Positions 33,779 to 45,832 of a stretch of DNA of 64,000 bases are shown here, in pieces. Each line of letters begins with the position of its first letter. Positions within the stretch are counted from its first letter, which is position 1. The position numbers and the translations under genes are program-made. This stretch comes from Scyliorhinus canicula. Its lineage: Eukaryota. Under the pieces are notes generated by a model. That model did no database searches. It saw only the letters and a list, made by a program, of their open reading frames with translations, and was not told where the DNA came from. Location: positions 8,397,209 to 8,461,208 of the forward strand of contig NC_052171.1 in the NCBI RefSeq assembly GCF_902713615.1. The letters run 5' to 3'.

Positions 33779-33864
33779 CTTTGAAAACATGTTGGAACAA
33801 AGGTTAAGAACAAACTGAAGTCCTTTTAATTACATGGATCAGCAGCCATTTGACGCTATCAAAG
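33779..33864. promoter_or_regulatory. Cluster of TCF/LEF(SOX) motifs in dkk4 intron 3
   Basis: CTTTGAA 33779, AACAAAG 33796, ATCAAAG 33858. Confidence 0.35.
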
Positions 33865-34104
33865 ACTAACAATGTTTATTGAATCCTTGTGGTTAATAAG
33901 CTTCAAAATAAAAAAAGTTTAGGCCGTTTAAGGAGCTCACATTAACCAAAAAGGAACAAAACTCCAGTGCACATTGACTGAATTTCACATTCACTACCGG
34001 GACCTCTGTACTTCAGTCAACAGGAAACAACGTTTATCCCATCTGTACTATGCCCAACAGTTTAAAAATATCAATGACTAACGGGCAAAAATCCTTTACT
34101 TTTG

Positions 34105-34425
34105 GCAGAACTTCTGGGGTGGCATGGTAGCACCGTGGTTAGCACTGTTGCTTCACTGCTCCCACCTCCCAAGTTTAATTCCCGGCTTGGGTCACTGTCT
34201 GTGCGGAGTCTACACATCCGGCCCATGTCTGCGTGGGTTTCTTCCGGGTGCTCCGGTTTCCTCCCACAGTCCAAAGATGTCCGAAATTGCCCTTAGCGTC
34301 TAAAAAGATTAGGGGGGTTACAGGGATAGGGTGGAGGCGTGGGCTTAAGTAGGGTGCTCTCTCCAAGGGCCGGTGCAGACTAGATGGACCAAGTGGCCTA
34401 CTTCTGCGCTGTAAATTCTATGATT
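34105..34425 (+). mobile_element. HE1-type SINE
   Basis: Head, core and tail. Confidence 0.85.
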
Positions 34426-35429
34426 CTGGGTGTGCAGTCAAGAGCGAAGCAAAAACCTGTGCTCTCCGTTCGGTTGACAGTCATTGCACCACCTAATTTA
34501 TTCTCTTCCAACTTGGAGAAGGGAATAAAACAATAACGCAAATCCGTGAGAACCTCGCACTGATCTTTGATGTAAAAGCCAACTTCAATATTATGACGAG
34601 AGTTGGAATTGGAAAGAAAATGCATCAGGTCAGTGCCTCTCCGTAAGTGTACATGGAGGTCCTGCCACTGAGCTCTGCTGGCTTGTTCACACAATGTTTA
34701 GCCTGATTACCTCATGGAGGTCTCTCCCGTGCAGTGAAGGTTACATTAATAACATGCTTGATTCCATTTAACACGTGGTGAGACACTCAGAAGATTCACC
34801 GCACTCCAAAAGCAAATCCTCCACACATATTTAAGAAATTATAAACTTGTGGAATTCATTCTCAAGATGCAGTGGTAAAAGTTGTGGCTTGGGCTATATG
34901 CGCACCGCAAGATGCTGCAGCAGTGCTTTGCCTCTGCATTAAATTTATTGCCGAGGTGAATAGGGATAGGAGACTAGCTATGCTGCTCCATTTATCCCGG
35001 GCAATTGGAAAGCTAATTTCTAGTTTTCAAACTTGGTTAGTTTTGAAGTTTCCTACGCTCCCCTCCTGCTGATACCAATAATAGCTGGTTTACACACTGT
35101 CCCAATAGTCCTCCATTTCTTATCCACTCTTCATATGCAAGCCCAGAGAGTAAGGCTCTTCAACTGCATCACGGTCAATATACTGTGCCCACTGCTGACA
35201 TCCCCACCTGGCAGATTGTATTTTTAACCGCCCTCCACAGCTAGTCACTTTCCTCTGGATTTTCTGGTTGCATTGTCTTTATTTCTCTTTGCATTAGCTT
35301 TGTAAACAAACACTTTTGTTCAGCTCACCTTGTAGGCAACTTTGCAAAAAAAATATGAATAGGAAAGGATTTCAAAAAGATTCAAGAATTTCAAGATTGA
35401 AAAACAGCTGTTACCAGACTCCATGGATG

Positions 35430-35640
35430 GCCCTCTTATGGACTGAACTGATCTTTCTACACATCTTCTCGACAGTTGTAGCACTATATTCCGTATGCTT
35501 CATCCGACGTCTATGTCTTTACATTGTGTATTTATCGTATGTTCTATCTTTTCATGTATGGAGCGATCTGCCTGGACTATACGCAGAACAAAACTTTGCA
35601 CTCTACCTCGGTACACATGACAATAAATCTAAATCTGAAT
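35430..35640 (+). mobile_element. L2-type LINE 3' end
   Basis: Tail ...cactctacctcggtacacatgacaataaatctaaatct, typical of fish L2 3' ends. Confidence 0.55.
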
Positions 35641-37601
35641 TGGGGCGTTTTAATGGGGCAAAAAGCAGTCGTGTTTTGGGTGCCAGTAGCGGGGTGTTTC
35701 TCAGAGCCCGCAGCGCCAAGAACAACCCCACTATCAAACACGACTTTGTATTTTGCGTGGGGCTTCTGTGGGGAACGCCTCTCCAAGGCCGCACTTACTT
35801 TCTGCACTGACAAGCTGAGCCCGTGAGGACGAGATCGCGTCAGATCTTGCGAGGCATCTCGTGAGATTCAACAGCCTCGTCGCGTCACTGAGTTGGGCCA
35901 TTCAATCGTGACCTTAGTCTCCAACGCTCCACGTTTATCGAAGGTGCCTCTCAAGAGTTTCAATTCACCTTGCTCAACTGCAGCCTGTGTCACAGATGCC
36001 CATCTCAGACATGGATGGCGACTTGCTCTAAAGAGATGGGCTGCCCCATAATCAACTTATCCAGCAAGAACTTAACCATCGTTAACCTCCTCGCCTCATA
36101 GGAGGAAGCCCTTTGTTGACAGGTTGTTTTGTTGATGCTTTTCTGGCACTTGGCCGCAGGTGAAATCATAAAAAAGCAGCACATTCAAATGCCAACGATG
36201 TCCTATGATGTGCAGGTTAGGTGGAGTGGCCATTCTAAATTGTCCTTGACTGACCGAAGGTTAGGTGGGGTGGATGGGGGAGTGGGCCTCTTTCATAGAC
36301 TATAGGAAATATCGGCAAGAATATAGGAAATCTCCTTACCCTCCCCAACCCCCACTTTCCCATTCCCTGCTCTTCAGCATCTACCTTTCCATTCCCTCAC
36401 TCAGCCTTTCCTGGTTCTCAACATCCGCCTTGTGTCCAAAGTACTGGCTGACCCTTCGCAACATGTTTGGAGATGCCCACTCCCTTGTGAACAATACAGT
36501 TTTATCCAGTTTCAAGCATCTTTTCGGGGCTCCATATCCACTTTGCAATGTTTTTCACTGCGGGTTGCAATGCTGACTAAGACGTCATCGTACTTGGGTC
36601 TGCCTGGCCAGTAGCTATTAAACCCTAACACGTAGAACACAATTAATCAATTACATTTTCTTGGCACCAAAAAACTGCCACAGGATTGAAACCAAATTCT
36701 GTCTTTAGCAATGAAGGAGATAATGAATATTGGATCTCTATGGCGATGAACAAAATTGGTTGGACCTCATTCAAGCCAGATGGTAAGTAATTAAAAGGCC
36801 ATTGGCATTAAATGCTATCATTATAGACTGCCATAGGGAGAGCATTTCATGTAAGTGCGGAGTTCAAATTCAGCTGTCAGCCTCTGCTTCGTGGTTGCAC
36901 CTGTGCCTCCGTGTCAGAAGGTTGTGGGTTTAAGATCGATCCTAATGATTTACTTTGATGTACCAAGGGCATGCCGCATAGTTGGAGGATGTCTTTTGGA
37001 AGAGGAATTAAATCGAGGACCTGTCTCCCCTCATGGACAGACACGCAAGATCCTGTCACACTAAAGATGAGTGGGGCAGCTCACTTAGCCATATTTACCC
37101 TACATTGCTATATCCAATATTACTGAATAGGATTTTCTGGCTCGTTGTGGGACCAGGCTGCCCACCATTTCTATGCCACTTTGTCCCTGCATTGCAACAA
37201 TGCTTGATTGGCTGTAAGCATTTTGGAATGTCTTGATCGCACCTCTGGATGTGGACGGTGCTTTCCAGCTGTTACCTTTTGCTGTTACAGGTTTCAAAAG
37301 AGAAGCCATTCAGGTGGAATGGGTGGGTGGGAATGCTCAAGTATTCTGCCAGCGTCTAAAAGTACATTTAACACAGGCTCCTGTAATACTTGTCAAACGA
37401 CAAAGCGGGTTATCTCTATTATCTTGAGCAGGGGTAAAGCACTCCCCAGTGACCACGGATGTGTGCGGATCTTAGCTCTCCAAAAGCTTCAATGTAATAT
37501 GATTATTTAACCTTGGGGCATGTCTGGTGTTGAAAAACTCCAGTAACGCTGAAGTGGCACAAGTCAAAAGTAGGCAGCTAGAGATGGGCACACCCATTTA
37601 C

Positions 37602-37769
37602 CTTTGCTTATTTGTGCTTTGTTGGGCTTCTCCTTTTGATTCTTCCGCCGGGTTTCCTTAATTTTCTGAGTGTTGGGTTTCTTGGGCCTCTTGCCCCCCT
37701 TTGTTTTCCGTGACCGTGTAGCCTCGGATGGCGTCTCCGCCGCCTGCCCTTCCGATCGTGTGCACACAT
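37602..37769 (-). CDS. dkk4: Dickkopf-4 exon 3 (end of CRD1 and basic linker), 168 bp
   Basis: Acceptor ttttAG at 37771-37770, donor GTAAAT at 37601. Phase 1/1 joins exon 2 as LN-DVCT (human DKK4 has NDVCT), then RSEGQAAETPSEATRSRKTKGGKRPKKPNTQKIKETRRKNQKEKPNKAQISK. Confidence 0.88.
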
Positions 37770-39354
37770 CTAAAACGAGGAGAACAAACGTATGTGTCAG
37801 AAAATGCCCAATGCCCCCTCCCCTCCTCCCAGCCCTCACCTTCCCAGGGGACCAATCTGCTCAGGCGATTTCAATACACCACCACGAGTTGTGTTCACAA
37901 GATGGGAAGGCTTTTGAAGCGAACTTTATTGTGTGACACTTAACAGTGCGTGGTGTAGACTTACGCAGGATGCAGCTGTGTAAAAAAACAGTGCCTCAGG
38001 CGAGGCGGGGGAAGGAGGTTAAGATTAAAGATACTTTTCAAAGGTGTATTCCCAAGCAGATTTCTGATGAAATGTGAGCGGAGTTAAAGATTCTCAACTT
38101 TATACAGGACTCAACTTCACAAGGGAGACAGCCAATTTCCTGTTGGATGAATAACCAGACTGGCCACAAAAATTGCATTCAGGTATTACAAGTGTTCACT
38201 CGCAATAATTTGCTCCATATCCAGTATCATCAAGGCAAACTTTTCATGTCGCAGTGCTCTTTTCCCTTGTTGTTGATCTATTTTTTAACACCCATTCTCC
38301 CAGTCAAAAAGCAGCTGCCCACTTCACAAATCTCTGCTAGTGTAGTAGATGGTCAATACATTCATCCTTTCCCCGGAGCCTTCCGTTCTCATTCCTCTCT
38401 TGCTCCTAAAAACTCGTCCTGCACACTCTTCCCCATCTATCCTGCATCTACATCACTGCTTTCCGAGGGTGGCACGTGGCGCAATGGTTAGCACTGGGAC
38501 TGCGGCGCTGAGGACCCGGGTTCGATCCCAGCCCCGGGTCACTGTCCGTGTGGAGTTTGCACATTCTTCCCGTAACTGCGTGGGTTTCACCCCCACCCAA
38601 AGATGTGCAGGCTAAATTGCCCCTTAATTGGAAAAAAATAAATAATTGGCTACTCTAAATTAATTTTTAAAAAGGGGGGAAAAATCACTACTTTCCAAGG
38701 GTTCAATCTCTTGACCTCCTCCGACCCCCCCCCCCCCCCCTTCCTCCAATTGTCTTTAAGCTTTTCCAAACTTAACATGAACCTTTTCATCTTCTCTTCC
38801 TCCTTGTGATGAAGCTATGTCTATCTGACCTCCCCAACAGACAATTAAATGCATGGTCCGCTGTTCCACTGATAAATACATCGCTACGCACTCAACTCTC
38901 AATTTGATGGTAAACCAGCAGGGTGGGACAAGTAGCACTTGCAGGTAAATCAGTGCGTTGTAATTATCTCTCCCCTGCACCTCCCAACCCACTAGGGGTG
39001 GCTTGCATTGACAGGGAAGTATAAATACAATGTGGAGAATTTGCATTGACACCATAAGGGTGAATTAATGCATTTATAAAAGAAACAATCTCAGGAAGTT
39101 GATGCAGATGTTTGATTCTAAATGTCTAATTTTCATCCCACTGTGTATTTTATGTTTTTAGAGATTTCAAATTTTGTATAATGTCTCTGCAGAACCTGAC
39201 ATTCTCCCAATTGCTGAAGCATTGATAACTTGATTTACCAATTGCACTGAGTGTTTGAGACTGTTTTTCACTTCTGACGCCCGGCAAAATATAAGTGCAC
39301 CTGAGCAATTCCTGTGATTGGAAAGGCGAAAGGAAACCGCTGTCTGAATTTGGC

Positions 39355-39620
39355 AAGAAGTCTTACGACATCAGGTTAAAATCCGCAAGTCTGTTTGGAA
39401 TCACTAGTTTTCGGAGCGCAGGTGGCTCCATGGTGGATGAAACAGAGACGGGTTCCCAGCTGTGAACTCCGACGACGACATTTTTTTTTTTAAGGAAATT
39501 ATTTTCGGAGTTGATTCTTTTTTTGGTTCCCACTTCAATTTTTCACTTGCGCTCCGAAAGCTAGTGATTCCAAACAAACCTGTTGGACTTTAACCTGGAC
39601 TTTAACCTGGTTATAAGACT
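39355..39620. mobile_element. Penelope-like element termini in inverted arrangement
   Basis: aagtcttacgacatcaggttaaaatccgcaagtctgtttggaatcactagttttcggagcgca at about 39359-39420 and its reverse complement at about 39549-39620. Confidence 0.65.
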
Positions 39621-39622
39621 TC

Positions 39623-40690
39623 TTGAGGGGCATAGACAGAGTATTTAGTCAGAAGCTTTTGCCCAGGGTAGAGCGGTCAATTACTAGGGGGCATAGATTT
39701 AAGGTGCGAGGGGCAAGGTTTAGAGATGTGAGAGGCAAGTTTTTTTTTTTTACACAGAGGGTAGTGGGTGTCTGGAACTCGCTGCCGGAGAAGGTGGTGG
39801 AAGCAGGGACGATAGTGACATTCAAGGGGCATCTTGACAAATACATGAATAGGATGGGAATAGAGGGATACGGACCCCGAAGATATTGGGCGGTATTCTC
39901 CGCTCCCGATAAAAATCGGGATGGCCGTCATGGAATCGGCTGAGGTTCACAACAGTCTCGGGGCCCGCTCCCCGCACCTAATTCACCCCCACCCGGGGGG
40001 CTAGGAGCGGGCCCCCGTCGTTCCCGGCTGCGACCTCGTTGCGCCGGAAATTACGCGGAAACGGCGCTTTTATGATGTCATCCGCGCATTCGTGGGTTGC
40101 CGGTTCAAACCCGCGCATGCGCGGATGACATCAGCGCGCAGACGACACGAACCCACGCATGAGCGGTGCCGTCTTTCTCCACCGCCGCCTGGCAAGACGT
40201 GGCGGCTTGATCTTGCCAGGCGGCGGAGGGGAAAGAGTGCGTCCGTTTTGGACGCTGGCCCGACGATCGGTGGGCACCGATCGCGGGCCTGTCCCCTCCC
40301 GAGCACAGTCGTGGTGCTTCTGTCCAAATCGGGCCCCTAGATGCCCCAAACGAGCATCTGGCGCCCGTTTCACGAATGCAGCGACCAGGTGTGGTTGCTG
40401 CCGTGGTGAAACGGGCGTGAAGGGCTGGCCGCTCGGCCCATCGGGCTCGGAGAATCGCCGTTCGCCATGAAAAATGGCGAGCGCCGATTTTTCCGAGCCG
40501 GGGGGGGGGGGGGGGGGGGGAAATCGCTGGGGGCGCCAGGGGGGCGCAAAAAATGTCGGGAGGCCCTCCCACGATTCTCCCACGCCACATGGGGAGCGGA
40601 GAATTCCGCCCATTAGTTTAGATGGGCAGCATGGTCGGCGCAGGCTTGAAGGGCTGAAGGGCCTGGTCCTGTGCTGTACTTTTCTTTGTT
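39623..40690 (+). mobile_element. CR1 3' fragment split by a Harbinger-like MITE
   Basis: FTQRVVGVWNSLPEKVVEAGT, then the CR1 tail resumes at 40612 after the MITE. Confidence 0.8.
39888..40611. mobile_element. PIF/Harbinger-like GC-rich MITE, 724 bp
   Basis: TIR GGGCGG(T/A)ATTCTCCGCTCCC at both ends and 3-bp TSD ATT at 39885-39887 and 40612-40614. Confidence 0.8.
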
Positions 40691-41229
40691 TTTACTGTGC
40701 CCACCCAAGTCTAACGCCGGCATCTCCACATCATGAATTTAGCACGTTAAGATTGATGTGCTTTAAAATCAGACCCTTGCTGCGTACTTTTAAAGCATTA
40801 TTATCCCTAGTCACTCTGCGTCTAGGCAGTTTGTATTTCAGCTACGTAGCAGAGGCCAGAGTCCCCTCCCTCCTAATCCCATTGAAAGCTTTGGACTCCA
40901 GTGTAATAGAAGGCAGGGGGAACTCCAGTGCTCCAGCCAATCAGTTATATCACAGAGCTGATTGCTCCATTCCTTCAGCTCAGGAACCAGAGACAGCAAT
41001 AACATTGTCATTTTATCCTCACTGGGAATCAAAGCCGGCATCTTCCCAGAATCTGCATTTATCTGTTTGCAGTCTATTCAAAAGAGTCACGTGCTTTCCA
41101 GGACCATGTTAGAAGAAGATTCTTTACCACATGCCGAGGGACATGCTTGCTTCTCAATTCAGAAACTTAACTGGACCAACCAAGTATGCACTGTGGCGAC
41201 AAGAGCAGACTATAGGCTGGGAGTAAAAT

Positions 41230-41950
41230 CGCCTCCCGACGCCCCAAAGCCTGTCCGCCACCTAGAGAACGCAAGTCAGGAGTGTGATGGAATATTCTCC
41301 ACTTGCCTGGATGAGTTAAGCTCCAACAACACTCCAGAGGTTCGGCAAAAAAGGCTTGCTCGATTTTGCACCCCATCCACCAGCTTAAACATTCGCTGCT
41401 TCCAGTGGTGAAGCAGGGTTAACCACCTTCAAGAAGCAACTCACCAAGCCTCCTTCGACAACGCCGTCCAGGCCTGTGACCACTCAGAAGGTCATACATA
41501 TGGGAACACCACCCCCTTTAGGTTCCCCTTCAAGCCTTGTAACATCCTGACTTCGAAGTATTTTGGATTTATTTATTGATTAACATGATGTGGGTGTCAT
41601 TTATTGCCCATTCCTAATTGCCTTCGAGAAGATGGTGATGAACAACTGCAGTCCGTGTGGTGTAGGTACATCCACAGTGCTGTTAGGGAGTGAGTTCCAG
41701 GATTTTGACACAGCGATAATGCTGGAGCGCCGATATATTTCCAAGTCAGCAGGATGTGTGTCCTGGTGGTGGTGACCCAAGGTACTGGTGTTGGTCCTTC
41801 GCTATCGCTGGGTCAGCAACCTGGAACTCCCTCCTTATCAGCACTGTTGTTGTACCTACACCACATGGACTGCAGCGGTTCAAGCAGGGCTCAGCAATAC
41901 TTTCTCAGGGGCAATTTGGGATGGGCAACATATACTGGCCATGAATGAAT
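41230..41950. mobile_element. Two fragments of the second LINE family in opposite orientations
   Basis: 41230-41520 on + (QVRSVMEYSPLAWMS-like) and about 41590-41945 on - (WNSL..STVVVPTPHGLQRFK). Confidence 0.65.
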
Positions 41951-43164
41951 TTTTTTTTAAATGAGAGCGGAGACCGAAATGCCAGAGATTGGAGTTGGAG
42001 TTGCAGATTGCCTTGTTTCTTCAATTGGTAAGTCAGGATCAGAACATGTGGACATGATTGGCTGGGCCCCTCCCACACCGCTCACAGCTATCCCCCACCC
42101 CCTCAAAGAGCCGCCCCATCCTCGCCTTTGTTAAGTGCATCCTGCACACCACTTTTAATCAAATCAACCCCAGCCTTGCACACGTGGTGGCGGCGTTAAC
42201 CCTTCACAGCACCTCACACCATAATCCAACACCACTCCCAACCCTTCCTCCCACTTGGTCTTTCTTGCAAAACCTCACACCTGCATATAACTGAAGCCTC
42301 CCTCACTCTGGAGCCCATACTTCACCCCCTGCTCCTCCAAGCTTGCAACCCCCCCCCCCCCTTCAAAAACAGATCCCTCATCTCTTTACTAAATATCATT
42401 TTAAAACTTTTTTTTAAACCTGTACCTTGTACCAGAATAATAATCTTTATTGTCACAAGTAGGCTTACATTAACACTGCAATGAAGTTACTGTGAAAAGC
42501 CCCTAGTCGCCACGCTCTGGCGCCTGTTCGGGTACACAGAGGGAGAATTCAGAATGTTCAAATTACCCAGCAGCACATCTTTTGGGACTTGTGGGAAGAA
42601 ACCGGAGCACCCGGAGGAAACCCACGCAGACACGGGGAGAACGTGCAGACACCGCACAGACGGTGACCCAAGCCGGGAATCGAACCTGGGACTCTGGCGC
42701 TGTGAAACGACAGTGCTAATCACTTACTAGTTGAGGAACTCTGTGGACTCCAGTTTTTAGAAGAATTCCTTGCTGTACAGGTGCTCTGTACAGTACCTGT
42801 GTTTGAGAAACCTTGGTGTTTTAAACAGATCTCTTCAAGCGAGATGCAGCAATTTTAAAGTCAATTGCTGTACAGTATTCCAGACTGTATGGTGTACAGT
42901 ATTTCAATTTTTATATTGATTTTTCTGGGCTAAAGGTTGTCCCTCACAAACCGAACTCTGACCTTCACATTGATTCCGATGAGAAACCATGTTTCACTTA
43001 ATGTGGTGATTTTCACGAACGCAACCACCACACGAAGTGAGGACAGCCTCCATTCACTTTGAGTATGCTTGATGATGGAAAACAGACAACAAACTTAAAT
43101 CATGTACAGCATTGGCCCGGCTGAACACAGAGGTTGACTTTTGATTTTGGCATCTGCCCCGATC

Positions 43165-43378
43165 CTTTGAACCCTCTGAAGAATTCTTGAAAGCCAAATT
43201 CACTGTACACCTGAGTTTGCCTACATCAAAGGGACATGTAACAAGTAAGACCTCATGGTGTAACTGTTGCTGAATTCTTTGAAAATAGCCTGTTCACATC
43301 AATGATTGTGGTTGCTTACTTCAAAGATACCTCTCTCAACCGAGACTTCCTGATTCAACTGCTTTTGAATCCTTTGAG
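43165..43378. promoter_or_regulatory. Cluster of TCF/LEF motifs in dkk4 intron 2
   Basis: CTTTGAA 43165, ATCAAAG 43225, CTTTGAA 43277, TTCAAAG 43320, plus near-match CTTTGAG 43372. Confidence 0.5.
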
Positions 43379-44822
43379 AAGTAGGTTAATTAATCCCCTT
43401 TCTATCGGATAATTAATAGATCCCTTTGCCTCCGCATAAAGAGCCCACTTGTGGCTGATGCCCCAGTCATTTATCCCATTGCACAAGAATGTCTTGCTGA
43501 TAATACTCAGAAATCTGAAGCAGAAGATAAGCTCCTCAGTGGCCCACAGCTGACCTGTTTATCTCGGCTAACCCATGCTCCAAGAAACAAGGAAGTTCAG
43601 GCATTTACCTGCCAAAGTGGCCACTTGAAAGGCAGATTGAGGGTGTGCTTCATTGTCAAGGAGGCAGTGCTCAGTTATACCTAAGAGCTTGGTTCAGTAA
43701 TAATAATAATCTTTATTATTGTCACAAGTAGGCTGACATTAACACTGCAATGAGGTTACTGTGAAAAGCCCCTCGTCGCCACACTCCGGCGCCTGTTCGG
43801 GTACACAGAGGGAGAATTCAGAATGTCCAATTCACCCTAACAAGCACGTCTTTCGAGGACTTGTGGGAAGAAACCGAGGAAACCCACGGAGACACTGGAG
43901 AAGGTGCCGACTCCGCACAGACAGTGACCCAAGCCGGGAATCGAACCCAGGTTCCCCAGCGCTATGTAGTAACAGTGCTGACCACTGTGCCGCCCCGGTA
44001 CTGAGGCATTGTGATGTAGCTCAGTAGACATTCCAAGTCCATTCCCCCTTCAACCGTGTAAGTGGCAGATCTGCTGCACTATCTGCCTTTAACTTCCATT
44101 CTCCTTCTGCCAGCTAGTGGTTGCTGTCTGAACTGCCGTTTCTTGATATTTTCCTCGCTCTTAAAGAATTCCACTAAAAAGTCAGAGCAAAAGGCCTCCA
44201 TCAGTGGTTTCGTAACCCACCAATTCTGTGCTCGGCAGGAGATGGAGCCAGTGAATTTATTTCCCTGCCTGTGGGTGAATTTGGTCGACAATCAGTTTGA
44301 TGGAATGGGTCCATTCCCTCAATCTCCGGGGCATCATTTCAAAAGTGCATCTTGAGCAAAACATTGGTTGGGTGTGTGGCCCTCAGCGAACAGTGAGAAG
44401 AGAACACCGACTTGACTTTCTGTCGAGGGGTATGGGGAGCGGGCAAGATTGTGGCATTGAGGTAGACCACCTGCCAAGATCGTGTTGAATGGTGGAGCAG
44501 GCTCGAAGGGCTGAATGGCCTACTCCTGCTTCTATTTTCCATGTTCCCATGAGCTGGGGCACTGATGTTCAGACGGAAATGGGTTACCCCAGCTTCAAAC
44601 TAATGGCAATCAGAAAATCCAGCCAGTTACCCAGTAGTGACCAAATATTACTATTCGACACCAGCATTATTTGGGATTGTCCAGCTTTACCACAGAAGGA
44701 GTGACGCATGGCAAACAGCTGGAGTCAGTTTGGTCTGGAGTGCCGTCAGGCTGTAATACAAAGTGAGCCTACTTCACTTCACCATAGCACAACAGTACAG
44801 TTTGGTGAAATGTCACACTTAC

Positions 44823-44973
44823 CGTTTAAACAGTGGCTTCCTGAGCAGCACATTCCATCCCGTTGGCACCTCCTCCGTAGCCCCCTGCAAACAGAGCAGA
44901 TGGGTTGCTCAGGACGGGAAGTGAGGCAGAACCGACCAGGGCCACAATCAGGATCAACCAAGCATCGAGACTC
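44823..44973 (-). CDS. dkk4: Dickkopf-4 exon 2 (cysteine-rich domain 1), 151 bp
   Basis: Acceptor ttcttcAG at 44975-44974, donor GTAAGT at 44822. Encodes ESRCLVDPDCGPGRFCLTSRPEQPICSVCRGLRRRCQRDGMCCSGSHCLN, the Dkk CRD1 cysteine pattern. Confidence 0.95.
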
Positions 44974-45407
44974 CTGAAGAATGAATCAGAGACATGGAAT
45001 CAGTGAAACTCCAAAAACATTTGTGGTTAATGCTTGTGTGGGCAGTAATGCAATGCAGGAAAGAGAGTGGAGGATCCTGCAGCATTGATGAAACAGTAAT
45101 AATAATCATCTTTATTATTATCACAAGTAGGCTGACATTAACGCTGCAATTAAGTTACTGTGAAAATCCCCTTGTCGCCACACTCCGGTTCGGGTACATA
45201 GAGGGAGAATTCAGAATGTCCAATTCACCTAACAAGCACGTCTTTCGAGACTTGTGGGAGAAAACCGGAGCACCCGGAGGAAACCCACGCAGACACGGGG
45301 TCATACCTTGTCCCAATGCACCTGTGTTGGCCTGAACCAACAACTGGTTCCCCTATTGTTACAACCCAATCTGACCTACTTGAACATACTTCTGTTTGTA
45401 GGTTGTG

Positions 45408-45753
45408 GACAGCACGGTAGCATGGTGGTTAGCATAAATGCTTCACAGCTCCAGGGTCCCAGGTTCGATTCCCGGCTGGGTCACTGTCTGTGCGGAGTCT
45501 GCACGTCCTCCCCGTGTCTGCGTGGGTTTCCTCCGGGTGCTCCGGTTTCCTCCCACAGTCCAAAGATGTGCGGGTTAGGTGGATTGGCCATGCTAAATTG
45601 CCCGTAGTGTCCTAAAAAGTAAGGTTGGGGGGGGGGGGGTTGTTGGGTTACGGGTATAGGGTGGATACGTGGGTTTGAGTAGGGTGATCATGGCTTGGCA
45701 CAACATCGAGGGCCGAAGGGCCTGTTCTGTGCTGTACTGTTCTGTGTTCTATG
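45408..45753 (+). mobile_element. Young HE1-type SINE
   Basis: Full length with (TTCTATG)-type tail. Confidence 0.92.
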
Positions 45754-45832
45754 TCACTCACAACTGATTGAGCTACCCGTACTCTAGTACTGTCCCATAG
45801 GTTTGATTAGTGTTTAATGGAATAATGAAAGG

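Noticed and set aside
34398-34694. 98-aa ORF as a candidate dkk4 exon 3
   Set aside because: No Dkk similarity; the 37602-37769 exon fits phase and sequence.
44779-44822. GKCDISPNCTVVLW as part of Dkk CRD1
   Set aside because: This is read-through past the GTAAGT donor; the tenth cysteine is supplied by exon 3 (NDVC).
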